A stretch of DNA of 19,142 bases, taken from positions 1-19,142 of the forward strand of contig JBNAWM010000015.1 of NCBI GenBank assembly GCA_049699855.1, given 5' to 3'. This document shows, piece after piece, positions 1 through 8,037 of this stretch. A program made the translations under genes and the position numbers. This DNA is from Candidatus Cryosericum sp. Its GTDB lineage: Bacteria > Caldisericota > Caldisericia > Cryosericales > Cryosericaceae. Under the pieces are notes generated by a model, which worked only from the letters and a program-made list of their open reading frames with translations, was not told the origin of the DNA and did not search any database. Each line of letters opens with the position of its first letter. Position 1 is the first letter of the stretch.

Positions 1-306
1 CATGTCCAGTGACCAGTCCTTGTCGATCGGAATGCCAACGGTCAGGATGAACGTTGTCACATCCTTCGGCAGAGCATCAAAGTGGTCGGTAACCGTAAGG
101 CTTCCGTTCGCCAGACAAGTCCGCAGGACTTCGTTGACCGGAACACCATCGAAGTCCTCGCGCATGCCGAGCGTCGCCGCATTGATGGAGTCGATACGAT
201 TGGGGTCGATGTCCACACCCGACACGCGAAATCCATCCAGTGCGTAGGTCAGGGCCAGCGGCAGTCCGACGTAGCCCAGCCCTATGATTGCCAGTTTCTT
301 TTCCAT
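1..306 (-). CDS. Nucleotide-sugar dehydrogenase (UDP-glucose/GDP-mannose dehydrogenase family, WecC/WbpA/TuaD-like), N-terminal part, truncated by window edge
   Basis: Not in the ORF track. My translation from ATG at 306: MEKKLAIIGLGYVGLPLALTYALDGFRVSGVDIDPNRIDSIN...TFILTVGIPIDKDWSLDM, with the GLGYVGLP Rossmann motif and the GVDID acidic NAD-binding strand. G-rich RBS upstream; an alternative in-frame ATG at 324 overlaps the upstream stop. Confidence 0.9.
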   Translation of the reverse strand, partial: MEKKLAIIGLGYVGLPLALTYALDGFRVSGVDIDPNRIDSINAATLGMREDFDGVPVNEVLRTCLANGSLTVTDHFDALPKDVTTFILTVGIPIDKDWSLDM

Positions 307-320
307 AGTTCCCCCCACAT

Positions 321-1469
321 TCATGTATGTACGCCCACGAGCGCATCAAGCACGCGATCAAACTCGTTCAGGCGAAAAGCCCAGTCAAACCGTTGCGACA
401 CCTGGATGCGATGTCGTCGAAGATTGATAGAATCAGTTGCGACAGCCTGTTGAATAGCTGTCACAAAGTCCTGCTGAGAAGACGCGATCCTGACCATCTC
501 TTCGTCATAAGCGCCAAGAGCGTTGATCCTCGAAGAAACGACAGGCAGGCCTGCTGACGCATATTCATAGAACTTCAGGGGATCGACGCCGAAGGTAAGC
601 GGAGATTCACGAAAGGGGATCAGAGCAACGTCATAGCGCGCAGCCTCCTTCGCAACTTCTGACTGCGGCCACACTCCCTTGAGTGTGATATTGTGCTGGG
701 TGGACAACTCTCCGCGTACACTTGGGACGGCTTCGCCGAAGCAGTCGATCTGATCTTCCGGGAATGCTCTTGCAACAGACAGGAGCAGTGATGTATCGAA
801 CCACTCGCGCATCGCACCCACGTAGAGAAATCTGTGCTGGCGCGGAAGCACATCGCCCAGCGTGCCCAGCCATGCACTTGCTGGGCCCGCAAACAGCTCG
901 TGGTCTACGCCGTTCTGAATCAAGCTGACCTTGCTGGCAAAACCTCCGAACTTGGCGGCAATCGTTTCGTTTGTCACAACAATGGCAGATGCCGCCCGGG
1001 CCGAACGGTTTTCGAGACGGTCTACAACGTTCCTGTCAATCAGCCCGGGGTAGGCGCCATGATCGTCGACGCAGTCATAAACGACCGGCACTTTCAGGAG
1101 TTCAAGCGCTCGAGGAACGAATGGAAGGTAGGTCAGTACAAGGCCAAGATCTCGAGTCCAGTCGCCTGGAAGGTGCTGAAGCCACCTGTAGTAGATCAGC
1201 GCGTCGCGGTCCGCCACTGCCTCGCTCTTCTTGAAAAATGGCAGCCAGGGCCGCGGAGACGCCGTGTACAGTCCGTTATCCTGTCGATGCAGCCCAGAGC
1301 GCCATGCATTCAGCTTAGGCCACATTTTCGGGCGTGCCGCTGCAAGAAGTGTTACTGGAGCTTCGACATAGAGCACTTCGTAGCCGCAACCTGCGAGGTG
1401 GCGCGCAAAACGTTGCTTTCGGCTGGGAAAAGAGCGATAGTTGTTGGTGCTGAGGACGAGCGCTCTCAC
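321..1469 (-). CDS. GT-B fold glycosyltransferase (GT4-like, TuaH-like)
   Basis: Motifs VVYDCVDDH, YVGAMREWFD and DPLKFYEYASAGLPVVSS. Probable GTG start at 1469 overlaps the TGA of the upstream gene (GTGA), rather than the 1532 start in the ORF track. Confidence 0.85.
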   Translation of the reverse strand: MRALVLSTNNYRSFPSRKQRFARHLAGCGYEVLYVEAPVTLLAAARPKMWPKLNAWRSGLHRQDNGLYTASPRPWLPFFKKSEAVADRDALIYYRWLQHLPGDWTRDLGLVLTYLPFVPRALELLKVPVVYDCVDDHGAYPGLIDRNVVDRLENRSARAASAIVVTNETIAAKFGGFASKVSLIQNGVDHELFAGPASAWLGTLGDVLPRQHRFLYVGAMREWFDTSLLLSVARAFPEDQIDCFGEAVPSVRGELSTQHNITLKGVWPQSEVAKEAARYDVALIPFRESPLTFGVDPLKFYEYASAGLPVVSSRINALGAYDEEMVRIASSQQDFVTAIQQAVATDSINLRRHRIQVSQRFDWAFRLNEFDRVLDALVGVHT

Positions 1470-2689
1470 TCTCCAGCCTCCGGAACGGCAGCAAGACCAA
1501 ATAGACTCCACATGATCAGGGTGATAGCCCATGAATCGAGAAGATTGTCGGTGAAAAGGTTGATCAGCAGTGCAAGAAGACCAACGGCTGCAAAGAGCCA
1601 GATTCTGTCCCTGGAGCGGAAGAACCGGGTAGCGACGCTAGCGAAAGCGCTTGCCATCCAGCTGGTATATGCAGCAAAACCGAGGATGCCCGTTTCCGTC
1701 AGCACCCTAATCCAAACCGAGTCCATCGAGATGCCGGTGAAGTAGCCGTATTTCTGAGCGGCTGATCCTCCAAAGGTCCCCAATCCACTGCCAAGAATCG
1801 GATGGTCGGTCAGGTTGAGAAACGCTTCGCGCCATCGAAACAGACGCCCGAGATTATTGCTCTTGTCGACGTAGGCTGAGCTGAGCAGGGTGGTCATGCG
1901 CAGCCGGAATGTTGGTACGATAATGAGGACCCCTGCACCTGCAACGGCAAACACCGCGGCCAGTCCGGGACTCAGGATGAGAAGTCCGACAAAATAGGAC
2001 CCCGCCGCCGAGAGCCACGCGGCACGCGTCAGTGTCAGCAGGAATCCGGCGCCCATCACGAGAACAGAACCAATGGCGAGGGTGCGCTCATACCACTTTG
2101 TCCAAACGATTGCAAGATATGCCCCAAGCGGAATGATCATCTCCAGGTAACCCGCCAGGACGTTGGGACTGCCAAAGAGTGAGAACGCCCGCGTGCTGAT
2201 GATTCCGCTTTCCGTGTCCTTGTCCAGCCATTGAGCGGGAACTGGGACCTTTCGTACATATTGATAGACTCCGATGAGTGCAACCACACAGGCGGCTGCG
2301 ACCACGTGCGGAATGACTTGGCGCAGAAGATCTGAAGCGTTATCGTCAATCAGGAGCCAAAGAATGACGAATGCCATGAATGGCTCAAAAGCGAGGCGGG
2401 CCTCCTGGATGTACGCACCCACATAGTAGGTGTTGCCAGCGAAACTCAGCAGACTGACTGACAGGAAAAGCAGGCTTGTGAGAACGACAGGCGCCGCCAA
2501 CAGCCGACCAAGTTTCCTCCAGCTGCTCCCAAGCGCAATAAACAGAAAAGTCAGGAGCATCACTTCCTCCCAGAGATTGGCCAAAGGCAGATGCGCCTTT
2601 CGAATGGCCCAGTTCAACAGAGGATAGTAGGCAACTATGAGGAGAAATATCTGTGCAGCTGTTCTTCTCCTCTTCGAGCTGACGTTCAT
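1466..2689 (-). CDS. O-antigen ligase / Wzy_C-family multi-pass membrane protein (polymerase or ligase)
   Basis: Many hydrophobic segments; motifs RAFSLFGSPNVLAGYL, LLTLTRAAWL, GR...W...DHPILGSGLGTF, DSVWIRVLTETGILG. Confidence 0.85.
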   Translation of the reverse strand: MNVSSKRRRTAAQIFLLIVAYYPLLNWAIRKAHLPLANLWEEVMLLTFLFIALGSSWRKLGRLLAAPVVLTSLLFLSVSLLSFAGNTYYVGAYIQEARLAFEPFMAFVILWLLIDDNASDLLRQVIPHVVAAACVVALIGVYQYVRKVPVPAQWLDKDTESGIISTRAFSLFGSPNVLAGYLEMIIPLGAYLAIVWTKWYERTLAIGSVLVMGAGFLLTLTRAAWLSAAGSYFVGLLILSPGLAAVFAVAGAGVLIIVPTFRLRMTTLLSSAYVDKSNNLGRLFRWREAFLNLTDHPILGSGLGTFGGSAAQKYGYFTGISMDSVWIRVLTETGILGFAAYTSWMASAFASVATRFFRSRDRIWLFAAVGLLALLINLFTDNLLDSWAITLIMWSLFGLAAVPEAGE

Positions 2690-2696
2690 CCGGCGC

Positions 2697-3155
2697 CTAG
2701 GGGAGATCGTGCACCGTCAGCACACGAGTCCAGACTTTCCAGAAGTCACCGTAGATGGCCACGTTTGCTCCCGCGAGAATCTTGTCCGTACCATACATAT
2801 AAGCCCACGCGACCTTTGGGCCGATGGAGTCTGCGGTAATGACGACATCCTTGAGGAAGGGATGAGTCGCTGCATGAAGGACACCATTACTGTCGGTTCC
2901 GACCTCCTGAGCTGGCGCCGTCGTCACCTTCGTGATCGTGAAACAGGCCTTGCCTGTCTGGTCGTAGATCGTCGAGCCTTCCTTGATCTGTGCCGCTGTT
3001 GCCGGCTGGATCTCATAGGCCAGGAAGGTCGCTTCGATACGGCTTCCACTCAGTTCCTTCGGTCCCGAAGATGGACGCGTCAGTTTGTACGCTGCTGCAA
3101 CTCCCGCCACAATGACCAATGCCAGGACAATGCCAACAACCCATTTGTTCTTCAT
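2697..3155 (-). CDS. Membrane-anchored extracytoplasmic protein, DUF4330-like
   Basis: MKNKW followed by a hydrophobic N-terminal anchor. Pattern IKEGSTIYD...HPFLKDVVIT...ILAG resembles DUF4330 proteins found in wall-polysaccharide loci. RBS AAAGGGGG precedes ATG 3155. Confidence 0.6.
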   Translation of the reverse strand: MKNKWVVGIVLALVIVAGVAAAYKLTRPSSGPKELSGSRIEATFLAYEIQPATAAQIKEGSTIYDQTGKACFTITKVTTAPAQEVGTDSNGVLHAATHPFLKDVVITADSIGPKVAWAYMYGTDKILAGANVAIYGDFWKVWTRVLTVHDLP

Positions 3156-3156
3156 T

Positions 3157-4077
3157 TCATAAACCCCCTTTTGCGAGCTCTCCCGTCTTTCCACGCATGC
3201 CGTCTAGAACTCCCCTGGCAAAACTGTGGAGAAACGCACGACGATTATTGTAAAGAAGCACGATGGAAATGAAACGTCTCACTGCGAAGAGAGGAAGAAA
3301 CAAACCAAAGAAACGGCTGCGAGTCAGGAAACGGCGCTGAGCAACAATGGCGTTGCGCGTGCCATAGTACAAGCGCGCAGGCTGGTCGGCAAGAACCGCC
3401 AGCGATCTGCCAAGAACTCGAAGCTGCCTGCGATTGGCGGATGGATGCAGCAGACGGCTGCCAGGAACCGCATAGCCTTGGAATCCTTTGAGCGTGGCGC
3501 GCAGTGTGAACTCTGTATCGTCATACCATCCGAACAGCGACGCATCGAACAGCCCGGCCTGGCGGAGCAGAGCCGAAGGAAGGAACAGCCCGGCCATAGA
3601 ACAGGCATCAAAGGCGAACTGAGTGTCGCCGTAACGCTCTCGTGGAACAGGCCGCAGGATACCCGTGTGGCGATTGTAGGTGAACGAGTTAAAGAACGGG
3701 AGGTCCGGCTGCGACAGGTCATAACAGACCGAGCGGAAATACGAATTGGGCGGAGAGAACGAGATCCTCTGCACAAGTTGTGACAGAGTGTCTGACTCAG
3801 CCAAGGCATCGTCGTCGACCATCCATACCCAATCAGCGCCGAGCTCCAAGGCTTGCCTCTGTCCAGTGGCAGCTCCTCCAGCGGGACCGGTGTTGTGCTC
3901 CAGCCGAACCACCATTGTGCGCTCTCGAAGTTTCGCCGGAGGAAGGTATGGAACTGAGGAGCCGTTGTCGACAACGACGGCCAGATCCGGAGTGACCGAA
4001 CTCGCGAAGATCGAGGCAAGGCATTGCGACGCCTCTTCGGCACGATTAAGTGTAATGACAACGGCGACGATCTTCAT
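3157..4077 (-). CDS. Glycosyltransferase family 2 (GT-A fold, rhamnosyl/galactofuranosyl-transferase-like)
   Basis: AVVITLNR, VVVDNGS, NTGPAGG, WMVDDDA (DxD), GLFD..LFGWYDDTEF, YYGTRN. Confidence 0.9.
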   Translation of the reverse strand: MKIVAVVITLNRAEEASQCLASIFASSVTPDLAVVVDNGSSVPYLPPAKLRERTMVVRLEHNTGPAGGAATGQRQALELGADWVWMVDDDALAESDTLSQLVQRISFSPPNSYFRSVCYDLSQPDLPFFNSFTYNRHTGILRPVPRERYGDTQFAFDACSMAGLFLPSALLRQAGLFDASLFGWYDDTEFTLRATLKGFQGYAVPGSRLLHPSANRRQLRVLGRSLAVLADQPARLYYGTRNAIVAQRRFLTRSRFFGLFLPLFAVRRFISIVLLYNNRRAFLHSFARGVLDGMRGKTGELAKGGL

Positions 4078-4179
4078 GGTCGCCAGGCAGTACCATAATG
4101 CCCCATGGCGCAGTTGCCCTTCAGTGCCGGTACCGTCGCACCAATCCTCACGAAGGTGCTCTGCATTTCCATGGTCACC

Positions 4180-5166
4180 CTAATTGGCTGGAAGGGCTGG
4201 AGCAAAGAGCGGGGCCACCTTCGATTGAAGCGCGGCAGTGTCCGGAAGCACGTAGGAGATGCCATCAACGTAGCCCGGTACTCCCGGAAATGGAACCGTG
4301 GTGACTTCTTTGTCGGTCGTGTTCTTGAAGGCAAGGCCAATGCGCAGCATGTCATTGGGAAGCAGGTCCGTCGAAACGGCCTTCTCCACCGCCTGGATGA
4401 CGGGGGGAAGCTTCCACACATTTCGAAGGGCAGTCGTCTGAGCCACGATGGCTTTCAGGAGTTCCTTCTGGCGCACGACGCGTCCATATTCCTGTCCATC
4501 CCAGGAGCCAAAATCGCCAACCGCATCATGCCGGAATCTTGCATACTCGAGGGCCGTCTTTCCGTCCATGTGCTGAACGCCGGCCTTAAGATTGATGAGG
4601 GTGTCCGCGGATTTGTAGTACATGGGCTTTTCGACGTTGATGGTCACGCCGCCAAGAGCATCGATAACCTTCTCGAAGCCCGCGAAGTCGGTTTTCACGT
4701 AGTAATTGATCTTGATGCCAGGGATGATGGACTCAATGCTCTTTTCCAGAAGGGCCATGCCGCCATCAGAATAGACATCCGGATTCGAAGTTGCATTGAT
4801 CTTGTCGTATCCGTGCCCGGGTACATTGAGGCGGGTGTCGCGAGGGATTGAAATTGCCGTGACCGTACCCGCAATGGGGTCCAGGCCAACGAGAATGATG
4901 CTGTCGGCGCGTCCAGGATCGGTAGGCGCACGCGAATCGACGCCCACCACAAGCACATTGATTCGTTCCCGCATGTTGAGAACGGACCTTGTGCTGGCGG
5001 AGGCCGGATTGATCGATCGCAGAGATCGATAGAGACTGATCACGGTGTATCCGGCGATACCGATCGCAAGAACAAGAATGGACACAAGTGCTGTCAGAAT
5101 AGTTTTACGGACTCTGCCAGAGCGAGGCGGCCGTCCAGATCCAATGGTTGTGGGTGTCATGGTCAC
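4180..5166 (-). CDS. LCP (LytR-CpsA-Psr) family glycopolymer-peptidoglycan transferase
   Basis: Short basic N-terminus and one TM helix, then NVLVVGVD, GRADSI, SIPRDT, IDALGGVTI, YARFRH, GRVVRQ (conserved LCP arginines). Start is 5166 (GTG) or 5160 (ATG). Confidence 0.92.
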   Translation of the reverse strand: MTMTPTTIGSGRPPRSGRVRKTILTALVSILVLAIGIAGYTVISLYRSLRSINPASASTRSVLNMRERINVLVVGVDSRAPTDPGRADSIILVGLDPIAGTVTAISIPRDTRLNVPGHGYDKINATSNPDVYSDGGMALLEKSIESIIPGIKINYYVKTDFAGFEKVIDALGGVTINVEKPMYYKSADTLINLKAGVQHMDGKTALEYARFRHDAVGDFGSWDGQEYGRVVRQKELLKAIVAQTTALRNVWKLPPVIQAVEKAVSTDLLPNDMLRIGLAFKNTTDKEVTTVPFPGVPGYVDGISYVLPDTAALQSKVAPLFAPALPAN

Positions 5167-5208
5167 GTTCCTTTACCGAAAGCGCAGATTTTCAAGCTTC
5201 AGCAGTAC

Positions 5209-5237
5209 AGGATATACAAACCAGGGCATTGCGGCAA
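5209..5237 (-). promoter_or_regulatory. Putative sigma70-type promoter for the LCP/glycopolymer cluster
   Basis: Minus strand TTGCCG-17 bp-TATCCT, about 45 bp upstream of the LCP start. Confidence 0.4.
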
Positions 5238-5285
5238 GATGTGAATGCTGAAGAAATCAGCGACTAACCCGTGAGCCCTGCTGAA

Positions 5286-7319
5286 CTATCTCAGGAACAG
5301 CGGCAGGAAACTGAGCGAAATCACGGAGATGAGTTTGATGAGGATGTTAAGCGAAGGGCCTGCGGTATCTTTCAAGGGATCGCCGACGGTATCACCCACG
5401 ACGCTTGCCTGATGCTCCAAGCTGCCCTTGCCGCCGAGAGTCTTCTCGATCAGCTTCTTGGCGTTGTCCCATGCTCCCCCGGCATTGGCCATATAGAGGC
5501 CGAGCAGGGTACCGCTGACGGTTGCTCCCAGGAGGAGTCCCCCCACCGCTGCCTTTCCAAGGAGGAAGTACGTTACAAAAGGTGCGGCAATACCGATCAA
5601 GGCAGGTGGCACCATGTACTTCAGTGCGCCCTTGGTGCTGATGGCAATGCAAGCATTCGGATCTGAGGGAGCAAGTCCCTGCAAGAGACCCGGGATCTCA
5701 CGGAACTGACGTCGCACTTCCGTCACCATGAGCATTGCGGTTGAATCCACTGCCTCGATAAGAAGAGACGAGAACCAGAACGGCAGTGAAGCTCCCAGAA
5801 AGATGCCCGCAACCACACCGGGGTCCAGGATGTTGAGTACCGATAGATTGACAGCCTGTGCAAAACTGCTGAAGAGGGCCAGCGAGGTGAGAGCAGCTGA
5901 ACCGACTGCAAACCCCTTGCCCATCGCGGCCGTCGTGTTGCCCAGCGCGTCCAGCTGGTCCGTGCGCTCCCGGACAATGTCCGCCTGACCAGTCAGTTCT
6001 GCTATGCCCCCGGCATTGTCGGCAATGGGACCGTACGCGTCAACCGACAGAGAGATGCCAAGTGTCCCCAGCATGCCGACACCGGCCAGCGCAATGCCGT
6101 ACATGCCCAGACTGGCATAGGCTCCCAGCAGCGCTGCTGCAATAACAAAGACAGGAATGACCACGCTGCGCATGCCCGCCGACATACCGCTGAGTATGTT
6201 TGTAGCCGCTCCACTCTTGGACGCCAATGCAATCTGAGCGACTGGACGAGAGGACGTGAAGTACTCGGATGCAAGCCCGATCAAAACACCGGATCCAACG
6301 CCAATGGCAACGGCAATCGCACCCCGGAGACTTCCAAACATGCCTGTGGAAAGCGGCACCGAAAAGATCACCAAGCCAGTTGCAGCTCCTATGGAGCCAT
6401 ACCTCAACAAAGACTGCGGCGAAAAGCGGTCGATCCGCGACAGCAGCTTGACCGCCAGGACAGCCAGCAATGAAAGAGCAAGGCCCAGACCGGCCACATA
6501 GTAGACATATCGGATCCCCAGGAGGACATCGACCAGACCCTGCTGCCGCGCAAACCAGTAGCCCAGGATATCAGCTGCCAGGACTGCTCCCACATACGAT
6601 TCATAGAGGTCTGCACCCATTCCAGCGACGTCTCCCACGTTGTCTCCCACGTTGTCAGCAATGGATGCAGGATTCCGCGGGTCATCCTCTGGGATGCCTG
6701 CCTCCACCTTGCCAACGAGGTCCGCTCCGACATCTGCTGCCTTGGTGTAGATGCCACCGCCGACACGGGCAAACAGGGCAACGAGCGAAGCCCCCATGGA
6801 ATAGCCTGTCGCCGCGACCAGAGCCTTCTCGGGACTCTGCAGAAGGGCGAGAGTGACGAAGACAGACAGGAAGGACCCAAGCACGCCGAGGCTGGTGACG
6901 ACAATGCCCATCACCGATCCACCGGTAAAAGCCATGTTCAGGGCAGCTCCAAGCGAATGTCGGGCCGCAAGAGTGGTTCGCCCATTGGCCACGGTCGCGA
7001 TTCTCATCCCAATGTAGCCAGCAAGAACCGAGAACCCTGCCCCGGCAAGGAACGCACAGCCCGCTATGAACCCGTTGCCGAGTCCCAGCAGCACGCCGAC
7101 CACGACAAGAATGGGAAAGAGAATGGCATACTCGCGAGTCAGGAATGTGACCGCTCCCTCATGAATAGTGAGGGTGATTCGAAGAATGGCTTCATCTTCG
7201 AGGGGGTGTTTGATGATCGACCGCGCTAGAAAAGCAACAACCACAAGACCTACGACAGCAAGAATGGGGACAAGGATGAGAGGATATGAGCTACCTGCCT
7301 GCAGTGCACTCGTTGTCAC
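5286..7319 (-). CDS. hppA: Membrane-integral pyrophosphatase, K+-dependent, probably Na+-translocating
   Basis: GGGIYTKAADVGADLVGKVE, EDDPRNP, DNVGDNVGD, DAYGPIADNAGGIAE, GNTTAA, GGAWDNAKK, GDTVGDPLKDTAGPS. Likely GTG start at 7319 behind SD AGGGAGG (ORF track extends to 7364). Confidence 0.96.
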   Translation of the reverse strand: MTTSALQAGSSYPLILVPILAVVGLVVVAFLARSIIKHPLEDEAILRITLTIHEGAVTFLTREYAILFPILVVVGVLLGLGNGFIAGCAFLAGAGFSVLAGYIGMRIATVANGRTTLAARHSLGAALNMAFTGGSVMGIVVTSLGVLGSFLSVFVTLALLQSPEKALVAATGYSMGASLVALFARVGGGIYTKAADVGADLVGKVEAGIPEDDPRNPASIADNVGDNVGDVAGMGADLYESYVGAVLAADILGYWFARQQGLVDVLLGIRYVYYVAGLGLALSLLAVLAVKLLSRIDRFSPQSLLRYGSIGAATGLVIFSVPLSTGMFGSLRGAIAVAIGVGSGVLIGLASEYFTSSRPVAQIALASKSGAATNILSGMSAGMRSVVIPVFVIAAALLGAYASLGMYGIALAGVGMLGTLGISLSVDAYGPIADNAGGIAELTGQADIVRERTDQLDALGNTTAAMGKGFAVGSAALTSLALFSSFAQAVNLSVLNILDPGVVAGIFLGASLPFWFSSLLIEAVDSTAMLMVTEVRRQFREIPGLLQGLAPSDPNACIAISTKGALKYMVPPALIGIAAPFVTYFLLGKAAVGGLLLGATVSGTLLGLYMANAGGAWDNAKKLIEKTLGGKGSLEHQASVVGDTVGDPLKDTAGPSLNILIKLISVISLSFLPLFLR

Positions 7320-7368
7320 AAGACCCCTCCCTATTGGCCATCGCGTAGTGCGAACAAAAACCAAACAG

Positions 7369-7444
7369 TGGAGCCGGCGATCTGATTTGAACAGACGACC
7401 TGCTGATTACGGATCAGCTGCTCTACCAACTGAGCTACGCCGGC
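7369..7444 (-). tRNA. tRNA-Thr(CGT), atypical C33
   Basis: GCCGGCGTAGCTCAGTTGGTAGAGCA-GCTGA-TCCGTAA-TCAGC-AGGTC-GTCTG-TTCAAAT-CAGAT-CGCCGGC-TCCA; full cloverleaf, CCA encoded. Confidence 0.9.
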
Positions 7445-7479
7445 CAACAACTAGCCAAGTGGCCAGGACAAAACAAAAA

Positions 7480-7554
7480 TGGAGCGGAAGACGGGATTCG
7501 GACCCGCGACAACTGCCTTGGCAAGGCAGCGCTCTACCCCTGAGCTACTCCCGC
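7480..7554 (-). tRNA. tRNA-Gly(GCC), atypical C55
   Basis: GCGGGAG...CTGCC-TTGCCAA-GGCAG...GCGGG-TCCGAAT-CCCGT-CTTCCGC-TCCA. Confidence 0.95.
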
Positions 7555-7556
7555 TC

Positions 7557-7634
7557 TGGCGGGATCGACGGGATTTGAACCCGTGGTCTCCGGCGTGACA
7601 GGCCAGCGTGTTGGACCAGCTACACCACGACCCC
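7557..7634 (-). tRNA. tRNA-Asp(GTC)
   Basis: GGGGTCG...CTGGC-CTGTCAC-GCCGG...ACGGG-TTCAAAT-CCCGT-CGATCCC-GCCA. Confidence 0.96.
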
Positions 7635-7645
7635 GTACAACATTT

Positions 7646-7672
7646 AGTATAGATGATTCTGCAATAAGTCAA
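7646..7672 (-). promoter_or_regulatory. Putative promoter of the tRNA Asp-Gly-Thr(-hppA) transcript
   Basis: TTGACT-15 bp-TATACT, 11 bp upstream of tRNA-Asp; good hexamers but a short spacer. Confidence 0.55.
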
Positions 7673-7738
7673 GTGACCATCCAGTGTCTGGGTCGCACCA
7701 AACGCACACACCTGTCACGATGAGCACTTCAAAAAACC

Positions 7739-7813
7739 TGGTGGGCGGAACAGGGTTCGAACCTGCGACCCCCTCCGTGTGAGGGAGGTGCTCTACCGCT
7801 GAGCCATCCGCCC
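7739..7813 (-). tRNA. tRNA-Val(CAC)
   Basis: GGGCGGA...CCTCC-CTCACAC-GGAGG...GCAGG-TTCGAAC-CCTGT-TCCGCCC-ACCA. Confidence 0.96.
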
Positions 7814-7820
7814 GGAAAAA

Positions 7821-7895
7821 TGGTGCCCTCGAGGAGAATCGGACTCCTATCGCAGCCTTGAAAGGGCCGTGTCCTGACCATTAGACTACGAGGGC
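7821..7895 (-). tRNA. tRNA-Glu(TTC), atypical C55
   Basis: GCCCTCG...CGGCC-CTTTCAA-GGCTG...AGGAG-TCCGATT-CTCCT-CGAGGGC-ACCA. Confidence 0.95.
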
Positions 7896-7897
7896 AT

Positions 7898-7973
7898 TGG
7901 TGAGCCGTACAGGACTCGGACCTGTGACCCTCTGCTTAAAAGGCAGATGCTCTGCCAGCTGAGCTAACGGCCC
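7898..7973 (-). tRNA. tRNA-Lys(TTT), atypical C55
   Basis: GGGCCGT...TCTGC-CTTTTAA-GCAGA...ACAGG-TCCGAGT-CCTGT-ACGGCTC-ACCA. Confidence 0.95.
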
Positions 7974-7985
7974 GCGCACCAGTTC

Positions 7986-8013
7986 ATTCTATTGAAAACC
8001 GGCTGCTCGTCAA
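7986..8013 (-). promoter_or_regulatory. Promoter of the tRNA Lys-Glu-Val transcript
   Basis: TTGACG-16 bp-TAGAAT, 12 bp upstream of tRNA-Lys. Confidence 0.7.
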
Positions 8014-8037
8014 TACGCGTGCTTTCAGGAGGGCGCC

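Noticed and set aside
834..1745. 303-aa plus-strand ORF
   Set aside because: Antisense shadow of two well-supported minus-strand genes; no recognisable motifs.
4074..4421. 115-aa ORF bridging LCP and GT2, or a frameshifted LCP extension
   Set aside because: LCP is complete at its own stop (4180); the alternative-frame peptide has no recognisable features.
6626..6655. Tandem 12-bp repeat (tctcccacgttg)
   Set aside because: Encodes the conserved DNVGDNVGD motif of the pyrophosphatase.
7407..7413. Reading the tRNA at 7369-7444 as Arg(CCG)
   Set aside because: The 5-bp stem and 7-nt loop register place CGT at 34-36, and the body resembles tRNA-Thr.
7496..7920. C55 explained by avoidance of a TCGA/TTCGAA restriction site
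   Set aside because: TCGA is frequent throughout the window and tRNA-Val retains TTCGAA.
7369..8037. tRNA cluster as an integration site for an island
   Set aside because: No integrase, no duplicated tRNA 3' end, and housekeeping genes on both sides.
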